DNA of 64,000 nt from Acidobacteriota bacterium (lineage in GTDB: Bacteria; Acidobacteriota; Vicinamibacteria; Vicinamibacterales; JAHECP01), in the NCBI GenBank assembly GCA_024641665.1, contig JAHECP010000009.1, positions 3,038 through 67,037 on the forward strand, written 5' to 3'. This document shows, piece after piece, positions 17,798 through 27,991 of this stretch. Every line of letters begins with the position of its first letter. Position 1 is the first letter of the stretch. The position numbers and the translations under genes are program-made. Under the pieces are notes generated by a model. That model worked only from the letters and a program-made list of their open reading frames with translations, was not told where the DNA came from and searched no databases.

Positions 17798-18820
17798 TCA
17801 TGAAGTGGAGACGCATCAGCCCTGTGGCGCGCCGCCGGGTGCAACGCGGCACGATTTCGGGGCACCGGCTTGTTCTTGAGACCAAGACCGCCACGACGCC
17901 GCACGGCGGGATGATCCGGGTGTCAGAACAACAGTGGCAAACGGGGGATCAGACGGTAGCGGACGCCTTCGTTAGTTCGATGGAACGTGGCCTGGCTGTG
18001 CTGCGCGTCGGGTCTGTCGACGGTTGCCGCGCTGTTCCGAAGGCAGTGGTCGAGACGATGGACTTCTTCGACGTAGACACCAACGAGCATGTCTGGGTGT
18101 GGCGGGTGGCGTGCGAGCAGGTTCAGCAGCGCCGATGACGGATCGGCCGTATGACACGCGCCATCACGAGCCGCTGGAGTCCTAGGTTGACGGGCCGAGC
18201 TGGGTCGGACGGACCTCGACCCTACGCCGCAGGCCGAGCTGGACGACCTGTGCCCAGGACGCGCGGGCCCGCCGGGCGCCCGTCGACGCGGCTGGGGATC
18301 AGGAGCCTGGCGGAGGAATGGGTGGCGCACCGGGTCATGGTCCGACAGTATGCCCGGCCGCTCTAGAGGACGGAGTGCTTCCGGCACGCTTGGCTGGTTC
18401 GAACGTCTGGTTCATCCGCTAAAGATCTGTCATGACGACCGGTGCGTAATCTGCGTGGCATTCGTCGGGCCAGCGCATGCTGGGCCGGTGTGCCCTGGAG
18501 CGCCGTTGGGATGGGTCCTGCGTGACGCCGCAGCTTTGGCCGATTCTGGCTGAGCGCATCGTTCGCCCCTTGGCGACTCAGGATTGACGGAGGGCTCTTC
18601 GAGAAAACTCGGCCTCCGCTGTCGTATTCTACCCTAAGAGGCGACGTTCTGGTCTTTTCCTAAACAGTTCCGTCAGCCATGCGCCGAGTCGGGTTCGCGC
18701 TTAGGGTTCAAATTGCTCGCAACCCAAGACCGTATCACCCTGGCCAAGAACCGACCCAGCGTGGGCGGGACATGATGATCTCTGCTCTCGATCGACAAGT
18801 CCAAGGGAGGCTCTGGCTAT

Positions 18821-19489
18821 CTACGGCTTCACAAGGGAAGGAACGTGCTTGCTGGCACTGCGCATCGCGTAGGCCACGAGCTCATGAAACGGGCGCGCCT
18901 CGAAGAGCGTCCCAAAGTCCGCGCGGATCTTTACGGCGACCTTTCTCAGATCAGCGTGTATCGCCCTGAGTTCTGTAAGCGTCGGCTGATGTGGTTCTGT
19001 AACCAGGGCGTTAGCCAAGCAGCGCAACATGCCTTCTGGCGTCCCTCCGTGAATCCTTGGATCGGTCCCGTTCAGGTCGCCCAACGATTTGTTCAGCCGG
19101 TGCTCCTCGGCTTCCAACACGACCCACTCGTGCTTGCCGCCAGCGACGTCTGCATGAACGACGGCAAGGCCAAGTTCGAAGGGCATGTTGAACCTGGGAG
19201 TAGGAGGAGGGCTCGGATCGACCTCGACCCGCGAAAGGTCATGCAGAGAGTAGCGACTGGCCCTTATCAAACTCAGGATACGGTTCAGGCGCCTATCGCT
19301 GCTCGGGATTTCGAGCGTGGATGTGGGAACCAAGCCGAATCCACACGTTCCCGCAACAAGAGCTAGGAAGAGAGGCTCGTACTTCGTATCGAATGGGAAG
19401 TTAAGGAATACCGACTCAGACCACGGTCTCTTTTGCAGCGGTCTCCGTCTTGCTGCCTTCCGTCGGGCAATTGTGCGTGCCTTTGCCAT
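18821..19489 (-). CDS. Hypothetical protein; weak resemblance to nucleoside 2-deoxyribosyltransferase-like / TIR-like Rossmannoid domains
   Basis: SVFLNFPFD...RYSLHDLS...RFNMPFELGLAV recalls the first-strand and acidic-loop pattern of that superfamily (by eye only). It lies 6 nt downstream of the HU-like gene on the same strand. Confidence 0.55.
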   Translation of the reverse strand: MAKARTIARRKAARRRPLQKRPWSESVFLNFPFDTKYEPLFLALVAGTCGFGLVPTSTLEIPSSDRRLNRILSLIRASRYSLHDLSRVEVDPSPPPTPRFNMPFELGLAVVHADVAGGKHEWVVLEAEEHRLNKSLGDLNGTDPRIHGGTPEGMLRCLANALVTEPHQPTLTELRAIHADLRKVAVKIRADFGTLFEARPFHELVAYAMRSASKHVPSLVKP

Positions 19490-19495
19490 GTGCGC

Positions 19496-19903
19496 TCACT
19501 TGCGAGGCAACACCGCGCTTTTGAGCTGCCTGGCGATTCGCGCCTTGACAACGGTCTTGGCCGGGATTTTGATCGGCTCGCCGGTGGCCGGGTTGCGCCC
19601 CATCCGCGCCTTGCGCTTCTGGACGACCAGCTTGCACATCCCCGGCAACACGAACTCACCGGAACGCTTGAGCTCCTTCTCCGAGAGCGCCATCAGCTCG
19701 TTGAAGAACTCGCGCGCCTGCGTGTGCTTCATCTCGAAGCGCTCGGCGAAATGCGAGAAGAGCTCGGACTTGCCCATCCTCGTGGCTGAGCCTGAGCCAA
19801 GGAAGGCATCCAGTTCTCGAAGCCTCTCACGGGACACGCGTAACCTCGCGGCAACCGCGCTCGCGGATGGAAAGGCAGCAGTAATGTGAATTCGCTTCGC
19901 CAT
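19496..19903 (-). CDS. HU/IHF-family DNA-binding protein, possibly with a 42-aa N-terminal extension
   Basis: MGKSELFSHFAERFEMKHTQAREFFNELMALSEKELKRSGEFVLPGMCKLVVQKRKARMGRNPATGEPIKIPAKTVVKARIA is a classic HU fold sequence. Alternative starts are ATG 19903 and ATG 19777. The upstream part of ORF-track entry 19496..20167 looks spurious. Confidence 0.8.
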   Translation of the reverse strand: MAKRIHITAAFPSASAVAARLRVSRERLRELDAFLGSGSATRMGKSELFSHFAERFEMKHTQAREFFNELMALSEKELKRSGEFVLPGMCKLVVQKRKARMGRNPATGEPIKIPAKTVVKARIARQLKSAVLPRK

Positions 19904-20067
19904 TTGACGGTCGATTCTAGCAGAACATTGTCGCCTTCCACCTAGGAACGCCGATCTCTTCTGGGACGCGGTTTCTGATGTTCGTACGCAGGGTAGCAAC
20001 CTCGGATCTGGTTCACCCGCGCCGCAGTGTTTAGAAAAGAGGGGGAACTTCAAACGGAAGTTCTCTG

Positions 20068-20273
20068 ACGAGAAGAGCTCTGAAGACGCTCGCGGCGAGT
20101 GACATTGTGAGTGACATCGCACCCGCAAAATCTGAAAACAGCGGCGAACGGAGGAAAGCGGCCGCAAAGAACGGAAGATGGCAAATGGCTGACCCCATTT
20201 CGGTTAAGCGGAAAATGCCCCTGTTTGCTGGGGTTTCTTGATCTGGCGTGACAGATTCCCACTCTCTCCGCCA
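20068..20273. repeat. Copy A of a 206-bp direct repeat (candidate structured RNA or multicopy intergenic element)
   Basis: Aligned by eye to 37281-37486: 6 mismatches, no gaps. It sits in an intergenic position. Confidence 0.9.
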
Positions 20274-20499
20274 GTCATTTTCTGTCGTTTTCCTCAATAT
20301 GCCTGCGAAAACCATCAAGAGCACGATTCTCTGACTCATCTCCATCAGTTTGCGCAGGAATGCTGAGCAAATCATCGAATTGTACCGGTCGGAATCCGCT
20401 GAGTGACATTCTCGCGTGACATTTCGGTCGTGAAAGGTCGGCTGGGTTCGGACCCCCCAAAGGGATCCAGCGGAAAGGGATTGCAAAACCATACGCATT

Positions 20500-20877
20500 A
20501 TGCGTATGGTTAAAGCAGTGGAATTCTTTGAAGCGCCGGCGTTCACGCGCCATTTCCGCGCGTATCTCGACGACGCGGGGCTGTTGGCGCTTCAACGCTT
20601 TCTGATCGACCATCCCGAGGCCGGAAAGATCATGCCTGGCACCGGTGGATTCCGGAAGTTGCGCTGGGGTGATGAAGCCCGGGGCAAGGGAAAGCGCGGC
20701 GGCCTGCGCATCGTCTATTTCTTTCTTCCCGAGGCGCACCAAGTCTGGCTGTTCACGCTGTACGGGAAGGGCGAAGCTGACGATCTGACGCCGGCGCAAA
20801 AGGCACACTTGCGCGCAGCGATCGAGGCGGAACGAGTGGCTCGTCGTGCACAACGCGGGGAGCGACGACGGAGATGA
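20500..20877 (+). CDS. Type II toxin, RelE/HigB-like
   Basis: GTGGFRKLRWGDEARGKGKRGGLRIVYFFLPEAHQVWLFTLYGKGEADDL is a typical HigB-2/RelE-family pattern. The toxin gene precedes the antitoxin gene. Confidence 0.8.
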   Translation: MRMVKAVEFFEAPAFTRHFRAYLDDAGLLALQRFLIDHPEAGKIMPGTGGFRKLRWGDEARGKGKRGGLRIVYFFLPEAHQVWLFTLYGKGEADDLTPAQKAHLRAAIEAERVARRAQRGERRRR

Positions 20878-20881
20878 CCAT

Positions 20882-21223
20882 ATGGCCACAAGGAAGCTGA
20901 AGAAGCGCGATCTCTTTGGTGAACTGATGGAGGGCGTCTCTGCCATGCGAGCCCACCGTGAGGGACGTATCACGCTGCGCTCGCATCAGGTGGAACGGTT
21001 GTCGCTGCCCCGTATCAATCAGCAAATCATTCGGAGCACGCGCGAGCGCCTGCGCATGTCGCGTCCGGCGTTTGCCTACCGCATCGGCGTCAACCCGCGC
21101 ACACTCGAGCGATGGGAACAGGGACGAAGCCGGCCGAATGACCAGGCCGCGGCGCTCATCCTGCTCGTGCGCAAGTACCCTGACACGCTCAAGCGCCTGC
21201 AGCACTTGGCGGTGGCGGAGTAA
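20882..21223 (+). CDS. XRE-family HTH antitoxin (HigA-like)
   Basis: ATG 20882 lies 4 nt after the toxin stop. IRSTRERLRMSRPAFAYRIGVNPRTLERWEQGRSRPNDQAAALI is an XRE HTH. Confidence 0.8.
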   Translation: MATRKLKKRDLFGELMEGVSAMRAHREGRITLRSHQVERLSLPRINQQIIRSTRERLRMSRPAFAYRIGVNPRTLERWEQGRSRPNDQAAALILLVRKYPDTLKRLQHLAVAE

Positions 21224-22662
21224 CCTCGGCACTGGTCCACCGTGACGCCCCACTGATGTCTGACACTCCGACCAGTTCAGCCGCTCGGGGAGCGCTTGGT
21301 GTGGTGCGGCCACGTTGCATGTATGAAACGCGATGTGCCACTCTGGAACACTCGGCGTCGGCGCTCTCCCGCCATTGCGATCCGCTGACGCTTCACCCCC
21401 ATAATGCGATCACTTCGCCGCGCGAACAGGTTGCACCGACATCACCAAGCGGGACTCCGACAACCGCCGCACCGGCGCCACGAGCCGCGCCCGCTTCGTC
21501 TGGCTGGTGTCAGGCCATCACCAAGAAGCGCACGCAAGGCTCGCTGCGCGCGCAGCCCGGCGGCATTTGCCGCCGGCAGCACGCATGCGAGTGAGGGGGA
21601 AGACCACGTCGTAGAAGCGAAGAAGACCGTGACGACGACTCTCCCAGACGTCGCCAAGGAGAGGAATGCGCGCAGCTTTGACGATCGGAGGAAGAAACAG
21701 GAGGCCTGCATGGATTGAGGCGGGCACGCACCGATCGAGCGTCCAGTCGGCGGGAGCTGCAAGATCCAGTACTGCCAGGACTGGCTCGTCGTCTTGATCG
21801 ACGGTCGTGCGCTGAATTCACTCGTGCCCTGACGGGTCGATACGTGGTGGCGATACAGGGTCTTCCGCGCATCCCGTGGGACAACGGGACGGTCCGCGAG
21901 CGCGGCACGCTCGGGGCGCTCACCGGGCCGCAGGGCGACACGGTGCGCTGCCTCCTGACGACGCACCCGGACGGGAGGGATTTTGCGGCTGGGGCGCCAA
22001 GGGGGCAGCCGCTGCGCATGCGCCAAGAACGACACGGCGCTCTTTCAAGGCGGAGAGATGGAGAACCCGTTCAAGGGTTGTGCGTGACGACTTACCCTAG
22101 AAGTGGGATGCCTTGATGGATCCGCGCGAACCGAGCCGGGTCCGGCGTATGCCGGACGATGTTGTGCTCTTTCCCGAGCGCGACGATACCTGGCGTATTC
22201 TTGTCTGGCGTCTGCTCGCGAACCGGGTTGCTCGGTGGTCCTCTGAGGCGGATCCCCTCCTCGAAGAGGGACGGATCCTCGCCCGCCAACGCCAGGTCAG
22301 TTTCTGTCTCGTGGTCGACGCCGACTCCACGTGCGGCGAGCTCATCGACAGCCATCGCCCAGGTCCGTGGCGCCGGCAGCATGGCGACCATCACTGGACG
22401 GCGTCGGTGTTCCGGATCGGAACCCGTTTTGCGGCCGGCGCGACCTCACCCGATGGACGCATGAAGACCGTCAACGCGTTCGACTCGTTATTGGAGGCGA
22501 TGCAGGCGGCCGACGGTGCGATTCCGGCGCACGTCTGCCCTGGTACCTGCGGGCTGTGGCAGGCTGAGCCGTGAGCGAAGGCTCAGGCACCTTGCGGCAG
22601 TCTGTCCAGCTCGTTAGACTGGGACGTTCCCCAACCGGCGCTGGCGCGCGCGGAGACCCCTC

Positions 22663-24330
22663 ATGTGTTCCATCCTGGGCATGCTCGAATTGAAGTCCGA
22701 TCCGGCGGCCTTGCGCGAGCAGGCACTCGCCCTCTCAAAGCGACAACGCCACCGCGGCCCCGACTGGAGCGGCATCTTCTCGTGCGATCGCGCGATCCTC
22801 GCGCACGAGCGGCTCGCGATCGTCGACATCGAGCACGGCGCCCAGCCCCTCTACGGGCCCGATCGCCGGACGGTCCTCGCGGTCAACGGTGAGATCTACA
22901 ACCACCAGCACCTCGAGCGTGCCCTCGCCCACCGGTACCCGTTCCAGACCCAGTCGGACTGTGAAGTCATCCTCGCCCTCTACGCCGAGAAGGACACGGC
23001 GTTTCTCAACGACCTCAGCGGCATCTTCGCCTTTGTGCTGTACGACGAGGCGCGCGACCGCTATCTCGTCGCACGCGACCCGATCGGCGTCATGCCGCTC
23101 TACACCGGGCGCGACGAGCAGGGCACCTTCTTCGTCGCGTCGGAGATGAAGGCGCTCATCGGGGTCTGCCGGACGATCGAGGATTTCCCGCCAGGCCACT
23201 ATCTCGACAGCGAGGTCGGCGAGGTTCGCCGCTACTACGAGCCCGCGTGGCGGGACTACGAGGCGGTGCGCGGCCGGCCGTGCGACATCGACGCCGTACG
23301 CCACGCGCTCGATCGAGCGGTCGAGCGCCAGTTGATGTGCGACGTGCCCTACGCGGTCCTGCTGTCGGGCGGCCTGGATTCCTCCGTCGTGTCCGCACTG
23401 GCGCAGCGCCACAGCAAGAACCGCGTGGAGGATGGGGGCTTGACGCCAGCCTGGTGGCCGCAGCTCCACTCGTTCGCCATCGGCCTCGATGGCTCGCCTG
23501 ACCTGGCGGCGGCCCGTGACGCGGCCCGCACCATCGGGACGATTCATCACGAGCTGCACTTCACCGTCCAGGAGGGGCTCGATGCGCTGTCGGACGTCAT
23601 CTACCACATCGAGAGCTATGACGTCACGACCGTGCGGGCCTCGACGCCGATGTACCTGCTCGCGCGCCGCATCAAGTCCGTCGGGATCAAGATGGTGTTC
23701 ACCGGCGAAGGATCGGACGAGATCTTCGGCGGGTATCTCTACTTCCACAAGGCGCCCAGCGCCCGGGAATTTCACGCCGAGACGGTGCGCAAGCTCGATC
23801 GGCTCTACAAGTACGACTGCCTGCGTGCCAACAAGTCGATGGCCGCCTGGGGGATCGAAGCGCGGGTGCCCTTTCTCGACCGCGAGTTCCTCGACGTGGC
23901 GATGGGCTTCGATGCCGCCGAGAAGATGGTGACCACGGATCGGTCGATGGAGAAGTGGATCCTCCGCAGGGCGTTCGAGGAACTGCTGCCCGCCAGCATT
24001 GTCTGGCGGCAGAAAGAGCAGTTCTCCGACGGCGTCGGCTACGCCTGGATCGACAGCCTGAAGGCGCTCGCGGAGCGTGACGTGAGCGACGACGAGCTGC
24101 GCCGCGCGCACTATCGGTTTCCGGTGAATACGCCGCAGACCAAGGAAGCGTATGCGTATCGGGCGATCTTTGACCGGCACTTCCCGGGTGACGCCGCCGC
24201 GCAGTGCGTGCCGAGCGGTCCGAGTGTCGCCTGCAGTACACCGGCCGCCGTGGCGTGGGACGCCTCGTTCGCCCAATTGACGGATCCGTCGGGCCGGGCG
24301 GTACGCGGCGTGCACCGCGAGAGCTACTGA
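22663..24330 (+). CDS. asnB: Asparagine synthase (glutamine-hydrolysing)
   Basis: It has the MCSILG N-terminal nucleophile Cys, the SGGLDSS PP-loop, is full length at 555 aa, and shows typical AsnB motifs throughout. Confidence 0.95.
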   Translation: MCSILGMLELKSDPAALREQALALSKRQRHRGPDWSGIFSCDRAILAHERLAIVDIEHGAQPLYGPDRRTVLAVNGEIYNHQHLERALAHRYPFQTQSDCEVILALYAEKDTAFLNDLSGIFAFVLYDEARDRYLVARDPIGVMPLYTGRDEQGTFFVASEMKALIGVCRTIEDFPPGHYLDSEVGEVRRYYEPAWRDYEAVRGRPCDIDAVRHALDRAVERQLMCDVPYAVLLSGGLDSSVVSALAQRHSKNRVEDGGLTPAWWPQLHSFAIGLDGSPDLAAARDAARTIGTIHHELHFTVQEGLDALSDVIYHIESYDVTTVRASTPMYLLARRIKSVGIKMVFTGEGSDEIFGGYLYFHKAPSAREFHAETVRKLDRLYKYDCLRANKSMAAWGIEARVPFLDREFLDVAMGFDAAEKMVTTDRSMEKWILRRAFEELLPASIVWRQKEQFSDGVGYAWIDSLKALAERDVSDDELRRAHYRFPVNTPQTKEAYAYRAIFDRHFPGDAAAQCVPSGPSVACSTPAAVAWDASFAQLTDPSGRAVRGVHRESY

Positions 24331-24522
24331 AGGCCGCCAAGCCAGCCGGGCCTCCACAGGCCCGGCTGCCTGGGGCGGACCCCGCTGAGCATCGGATTCC
24401 GGAAAACTGCCGGGGTAGCACGGAAAGAGGAGGGGTGATCAAGGGCGCCCACGCTCGTCGGCCCAAGGAACACCCGGCCCTGTGCGACAGCGCGGGAGCG
24501 TCTGTCACCTGAGAACTCGGCC

Positions 24523-24855
24523 ATGTTCAACGATCCTGATCTGGAAGGCGCGGCGGAAGCCGAGGACGGCGTGTTCTACGGGGGTGCCCTTCGCCGCATG
24601 ACCATCAGCCAGCGACTCGACGGGGTGCTCTGTGCGGGATGGGGAGCGATCTTCGCGGAGTGTGTCCGCGTCCTGCTCGCCAGCACTGCTTGGGTCACGA
24701 CCGACAACCTCCTCGCGCTGGTCCTCGGCACCTTTGCGGTGCTGGCGGCTATCCGCACGTTCCTTGGCTCCCAAAGCGTGGCGTGGCACCAGGGGTACCG
24801 CGCGAGTCGGGCGGACGCTGGGCTGGAGGGGTCAACACAGGCGGTCTTCGTTTAG
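24523..24855 (+). CDS. Small hypothetical membrane protein (110 aa)
   Basis: Two hydrophobic segments (VLCAGWGAIFAECVRVLLA and LLALVLGTFAVLAAI). No homology that I recognise. Confidence 0.35.
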   Translation: MFNDPDLEGAAEAEDGVFYGGALRRMTISQRLDGVLCAGWGAIFAECVRVLLASTAWVTTDNLLALVLGTFAVLAAIRTFLGSQSVAWHQGYRASRADAGLEGSTQAVFV

Positions 24856-24932
24856 CGGGTGCCCCCATCTGACGGCGTCAGATCCAAGATTGTGTACTTG
24901 TACTTTTTTCGCGAGTCTGCCATAAATCTCGT

Positions 24933-26390
24933 GTGGCAGATGAGCGCGCGCGCCGGCCCGGCGACGACCGCGACGAGCTGATTCAGCGCCAACAAGAAGA
25001 AATCGCACGGTTGCGCGAGGAGGTGGCGCGGGCGGAGCGTCAGCGCCGAGAGATGGAACGCGAACGCGATCGCTTGAAGCGGCGCAACGAGTATCTGAAG
25101 CAGCAACTCGACGCGGCGCGGCGCGCGGGCTTCCGCCAAGCCGCCCCCTTCGCGAAAGATCGTCCACAGGGCCGCGGCCGGCGGCCGGGGCGACGGCCCG
25201 GCGCGGCCTACGGGTGCCACGCGCGACGACCCATTCCGTCGCGGGTCGATGAGACCTACACCGCGGCGCTTCCCGCCGCGTGCCCCGGCTGTGGCGGGGC
25301 GATCCAGCTCACCCGCGTGGCCCCGCAGTATCACGACGATCTGCCCGTGGTGCGGCCGATCGTCCGGCGATTCGACGTGCAGGTGGGGCACTGTGTCGCC
25401 TGTGGCCGGCGCGTCCAAGGGCGGCATCCCCTTCAGACCTCGGACGCGTTGGGGGCCGCGGGCGTGCAACTGGGCCCCAGTGTCGTGACGCTCGTCATGC
25501 TCTTGCACAAGCACGCAGGGATGCCCCTTGAGAAGATCGCGACGCTGCTGCGCGAGCGCTTTGGGTTGACGGTGACGCCCGGGGGACTCGTGCACGCGCT
25601 GCATCGCGCGGCCCGCGTGGCGGCGCCGACCTATGCGGCGTTGTGCGAGCAGATTCGCGGCAGTCCGGTCGTCAGTCCCGATGAAACCGGGTGGCGCGTC
25701 GGGGCCCGGCTGCACCGGCTCTGGGCGTTTGCCACGCCGACCACCACGGTGTACGCCATTCGGCCCGGGCGCGCCTTCGACGATGCGGCGGCCATGCTGG
25801 GCGCCGACTTCGACGGCGTGCTGGTGCGCGACGGCTGGGCGCCGTATCGGCAGTTCACGAACGCGCTGCACCAGAGCTGCCTCCAGCACCTGGCTCGCCG
25901 GTGTCGCACACTGCGGGTCGACCATCCGCGCAGCCCGTGGGCGGCGCACGTGCAGGACGTCTTCACCGACGCGCTCGCGATCCGCGATCGGCGGAACGCC
26001 CGTCAGATCTCGGCCCATGGGGTCGCCGTCGCTCGCGGGCGCTTGCTCGCACGCTTGGGCCGCCTCATCGACACCGTCCCGGCCCTGCCCGCCGCGACGC
26101 GCTTCGCGGCCCATCTCGCCATCGAGTTCCCAGCCGTCCTGGGGTTCTTGTGGGACGCGCGCGTCGACGCGACCAATTGGCGGGCTGAGCACGCGATCCG
26201 TCCCGCGGTCGTCAACCGTAAGATCTGTGGCGGCAATCGCACCCCACGCGGGGCGCACACCCAAGAGGTGCTCGCCAGCGTCGTCCGGACCGCTCGTCAG
26301 CGCCACGTCGATCTCACCAGCTTCTTGACCACGGTCCTACGCGCGCCTCGTCCGACGGTGCCGACCGCCTTCAGAGTCCCGACGCAGTAG
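24933..26390 (+). mobile_element. IS66-family transposase gene (single-ORF type); the IS termini are not resolved
   Basis: The N-terminal coiled coil is ELIQRQQEEIARLREEVARAERQRREMERERDRLKRRNEYLKQQL. The zinc-finger-like motif is CPGCGG...CVACG. The DDE context is VSPDETGWRV...LVRDGWAPY...NWRAEHAIRPAVVNRKICGGNRTPRGA. GTG start. Confidence 0.9.
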
Positions 26391-26921
26391 AATCACCCGG
26401 TAAACGAAGACCCTTTTTTCTGCGACACGCAAGACCGTTTTTGATGTATAAGAGTGCGGATCCGAACGGCCAAAATGGAGGATGTTGGTTTACTGACTAA
26501 GAAAACCGCATAAACAGGATCGCCTCGTTCTCCATCCACCGTCCTAGTCCCGCTGCGACTCAAAGGTGCGGGGCCACTCCACAGAGTTCCGCGGAAGGCC
26601 GTGGTCGACCGCACCCGCCGCAGCACTTCGACCCGAAGTCCTCGCCCGCCGGGACATGTTGAAGGAGCGTGGTGAAACCGCGGCAACATCAGGGTTGTCC
26701 GGCTCAGCCGAAAGCGATATCCTTCGCATTGTGATCGCTCCACGAGCGGTCGCACATAAGCGGGCGGCCATTGGCTCACACCGTCAACCGAATAGACGCA
26801 GACGACATCGACATCCGGGTCTTCGGCGTCTTTCGCCGGCCGCAGGCCGTGATCGCCCGGGGACCGAGGCCCTCCGCCCTCTCGCATCCCTCGACGGCGA
26901 ATTGGAAACGGAGAGTCGCCG

Positions 26922-27455
26922 ATGATTCTGACTGGGGCTGCCATTCGCGAGGGTGTCACGAATGGCGAAATCATCATCGAGCCGTTCGACGAACGAGCTG
27001 TCAACCCAAACAGCTACAACTACCGCCTCGGCGACACGCTGATCCAATTGGGACACGGCCCCGCGTTCACAATTGATCGTCACGGCTACGTATTGCTGCC
27101 AGGCAACCTCTACCTGGGCCACACCGAAGAGATTCTCGGTAGCCGAAAGTACGCCATGACGCTGCTCGGTCGATCATCGACTGGCCGCTTGGGACTCTTC
27201 GTGAACATCAATGCCGACCTCGGCCACGTAGGGTCAATGGGCCAGTGGACACTCGAACTGAGCGTCGTTCAACCGCTGCGTGTTTATCCTGGGTGTCGCA
27301 TCGGACAGATCGCGTTTTGGGAAATCACTGGGCGTTCGGTCGCCTACACCGGGCGATATTCGCTCGACCTCGGGCCTGTGGCCAACCGGGATAGGAGCCT
27401 TGAGGGCGAATTACGAGATTCCCTGCAGGTCAGCATTGCGCGGGAGGAACGATGA
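26922..27455 (+). CDS. dCTP deaminase / dUTPase-fold (Dcd-Dut family) protein, paralog 1, catalytic Glu present
   Basis: MILTGAAIREGVTNGEIIIEPF...NPNSYNYRLG, GRSSTGRLGLFV and QWTLELS align with E. coli Dcd (GRSSLARLGL ... IVLEF). The Glu sits 23 residues after the conserved Arg, as for Glu138. GGAGAG SD. Confidence 0.85.
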   Translation: MILTGAAIREGVTNGEIIIEPFDERAVNPNSYNYRLGDTLIQLGHGPAFTIDRHGYVLLPGNLYLGHTEEILGSRKYAMTLLGRSSTGRLGLFVNINADLGHVGSMGQWTLELSVVQPLRVYPGCRIGQIAFWEITGRSVAYTGRYSLDLGPVANRDRSLEGELRDSLQVSIAREER

Positions 27456-27991
27456 TTCTCACCGGCTCCGCGATTTCTGATGCTGTTTCGTGCGGCGACA
27501 TCGTTATCAGGCCATTCAATCCACAACAACTGGGAGCCAACTCGTACGACTTTAAACTAGGAAATAGGTGCGTGACGTACAAGGAGTCTCTTCTTGATTG
27601 CGCGAAAAGCAATCCTACGGAACGTCACGTGGTCGACTCGTACGGCTTGCTCCTCGAACCCAGCAAGATCTACCTCTTCAATACCGATGAGGTAATGGGT
27701 AGCACGAAATATGTGCCGATCATCCGAGGTCGTTCATCGCTCGCGCGTCTCGGTGTGTTCATCAATGTGACAGCGGATCTCATTGACATCGGCTCCGTGA
27801 ATCAATGGACGTTGCAGCTTCACGCTGTCACACCTACCAGAGTGTACCCAGGCATGCTGGTCGGCCAGGTGACGTTCTGGCGTGCCCACGGATCGATTGA
27901 TCTCTACTCCGGCAAGTACGGGAGGCTGACAAGCCCCGTTCCGTCCCTCCTTTTTATGGACTTTGACGCTGAGCGGAGGGCCGATGGCTAA
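27452..27991 (+). CDS. Dcd-Dut family protein, paralog 2, with Gln at the catalytic-Glu position
   Basis: ATGA start/stop overlap with paralog 1. MILTGSAISDAVSCGDIVIRPF...GANSYDFKLG and GRSSLARLGVFI are present, but the sequence reads QWTLQLH where paralog 1 and Dcd have Glu. Confidence 0.8.
   Translation: MILTGSAISDAVSCGDIVIRPFNPQQLGANSYDFKLGNRCVTYKESLLDCAKSNPTERHVVDSYGLLLEPSKIYLFNTDEVMGSTKYVPIIRGRSSLARLGVFINVTADLIDIGSVNQWTLQLHAVTPTRVYPGMLVGQVTFWRAHGSIDLYSGKYGRLTSPVPSLLFMDFDAERRADG

Noticed and set aside
21256-22600. Several 70-200-aa ORFs on both strands, including 22092..22394 (minus), which has fairly ordinary composition
   Set aside because: There are no recognisable motifs, the ORFs overlap one another, and none has a convincing SD or start. 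I cannot support a gene call here.
22735-26306. Long antisense ORFs opposite asnB (22735..24357) and the IS66 transposase (24852..26306)
   Set aside because: They are shadow ORFs of confidently identified genes, with low-complexity Arg/Gly/Pro-rich translations. The same applies to 45819..48278 (opposite glgB), 48535..50901 (opposite the permease), 54081..56333 (opposite the receptor) and 60777..62417 (opposite the NtrC-like gene).
24903-26420. Identical 8-mers CTTTTTTC at 24903-24910 and 26413-26420 flanking the IS66 transposase ORF, considered as an 8-bp target-site duplication
   Set aside because: The sequences just inside them (gcgagtctgcc... and ...aaacgaagacc) are not inverted repeats of each other. 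The implied element would leave only about 22 bp at each end. A T6 run can recur by chance, so the IS ends remain unresolved.
26393-27122. ORFs on both strands just upstream of and overlapping the first Dcd-like gene (26393..27004 minus, 26566..26925 plus, 26784..27122 minus)
   Set aside because: Their translations are Arg/Pro-rich or patchy, they lack an SD, and they overlap a well-supported gene. The region is treated as the promoter/leader region and possible IS66 right-end debris.
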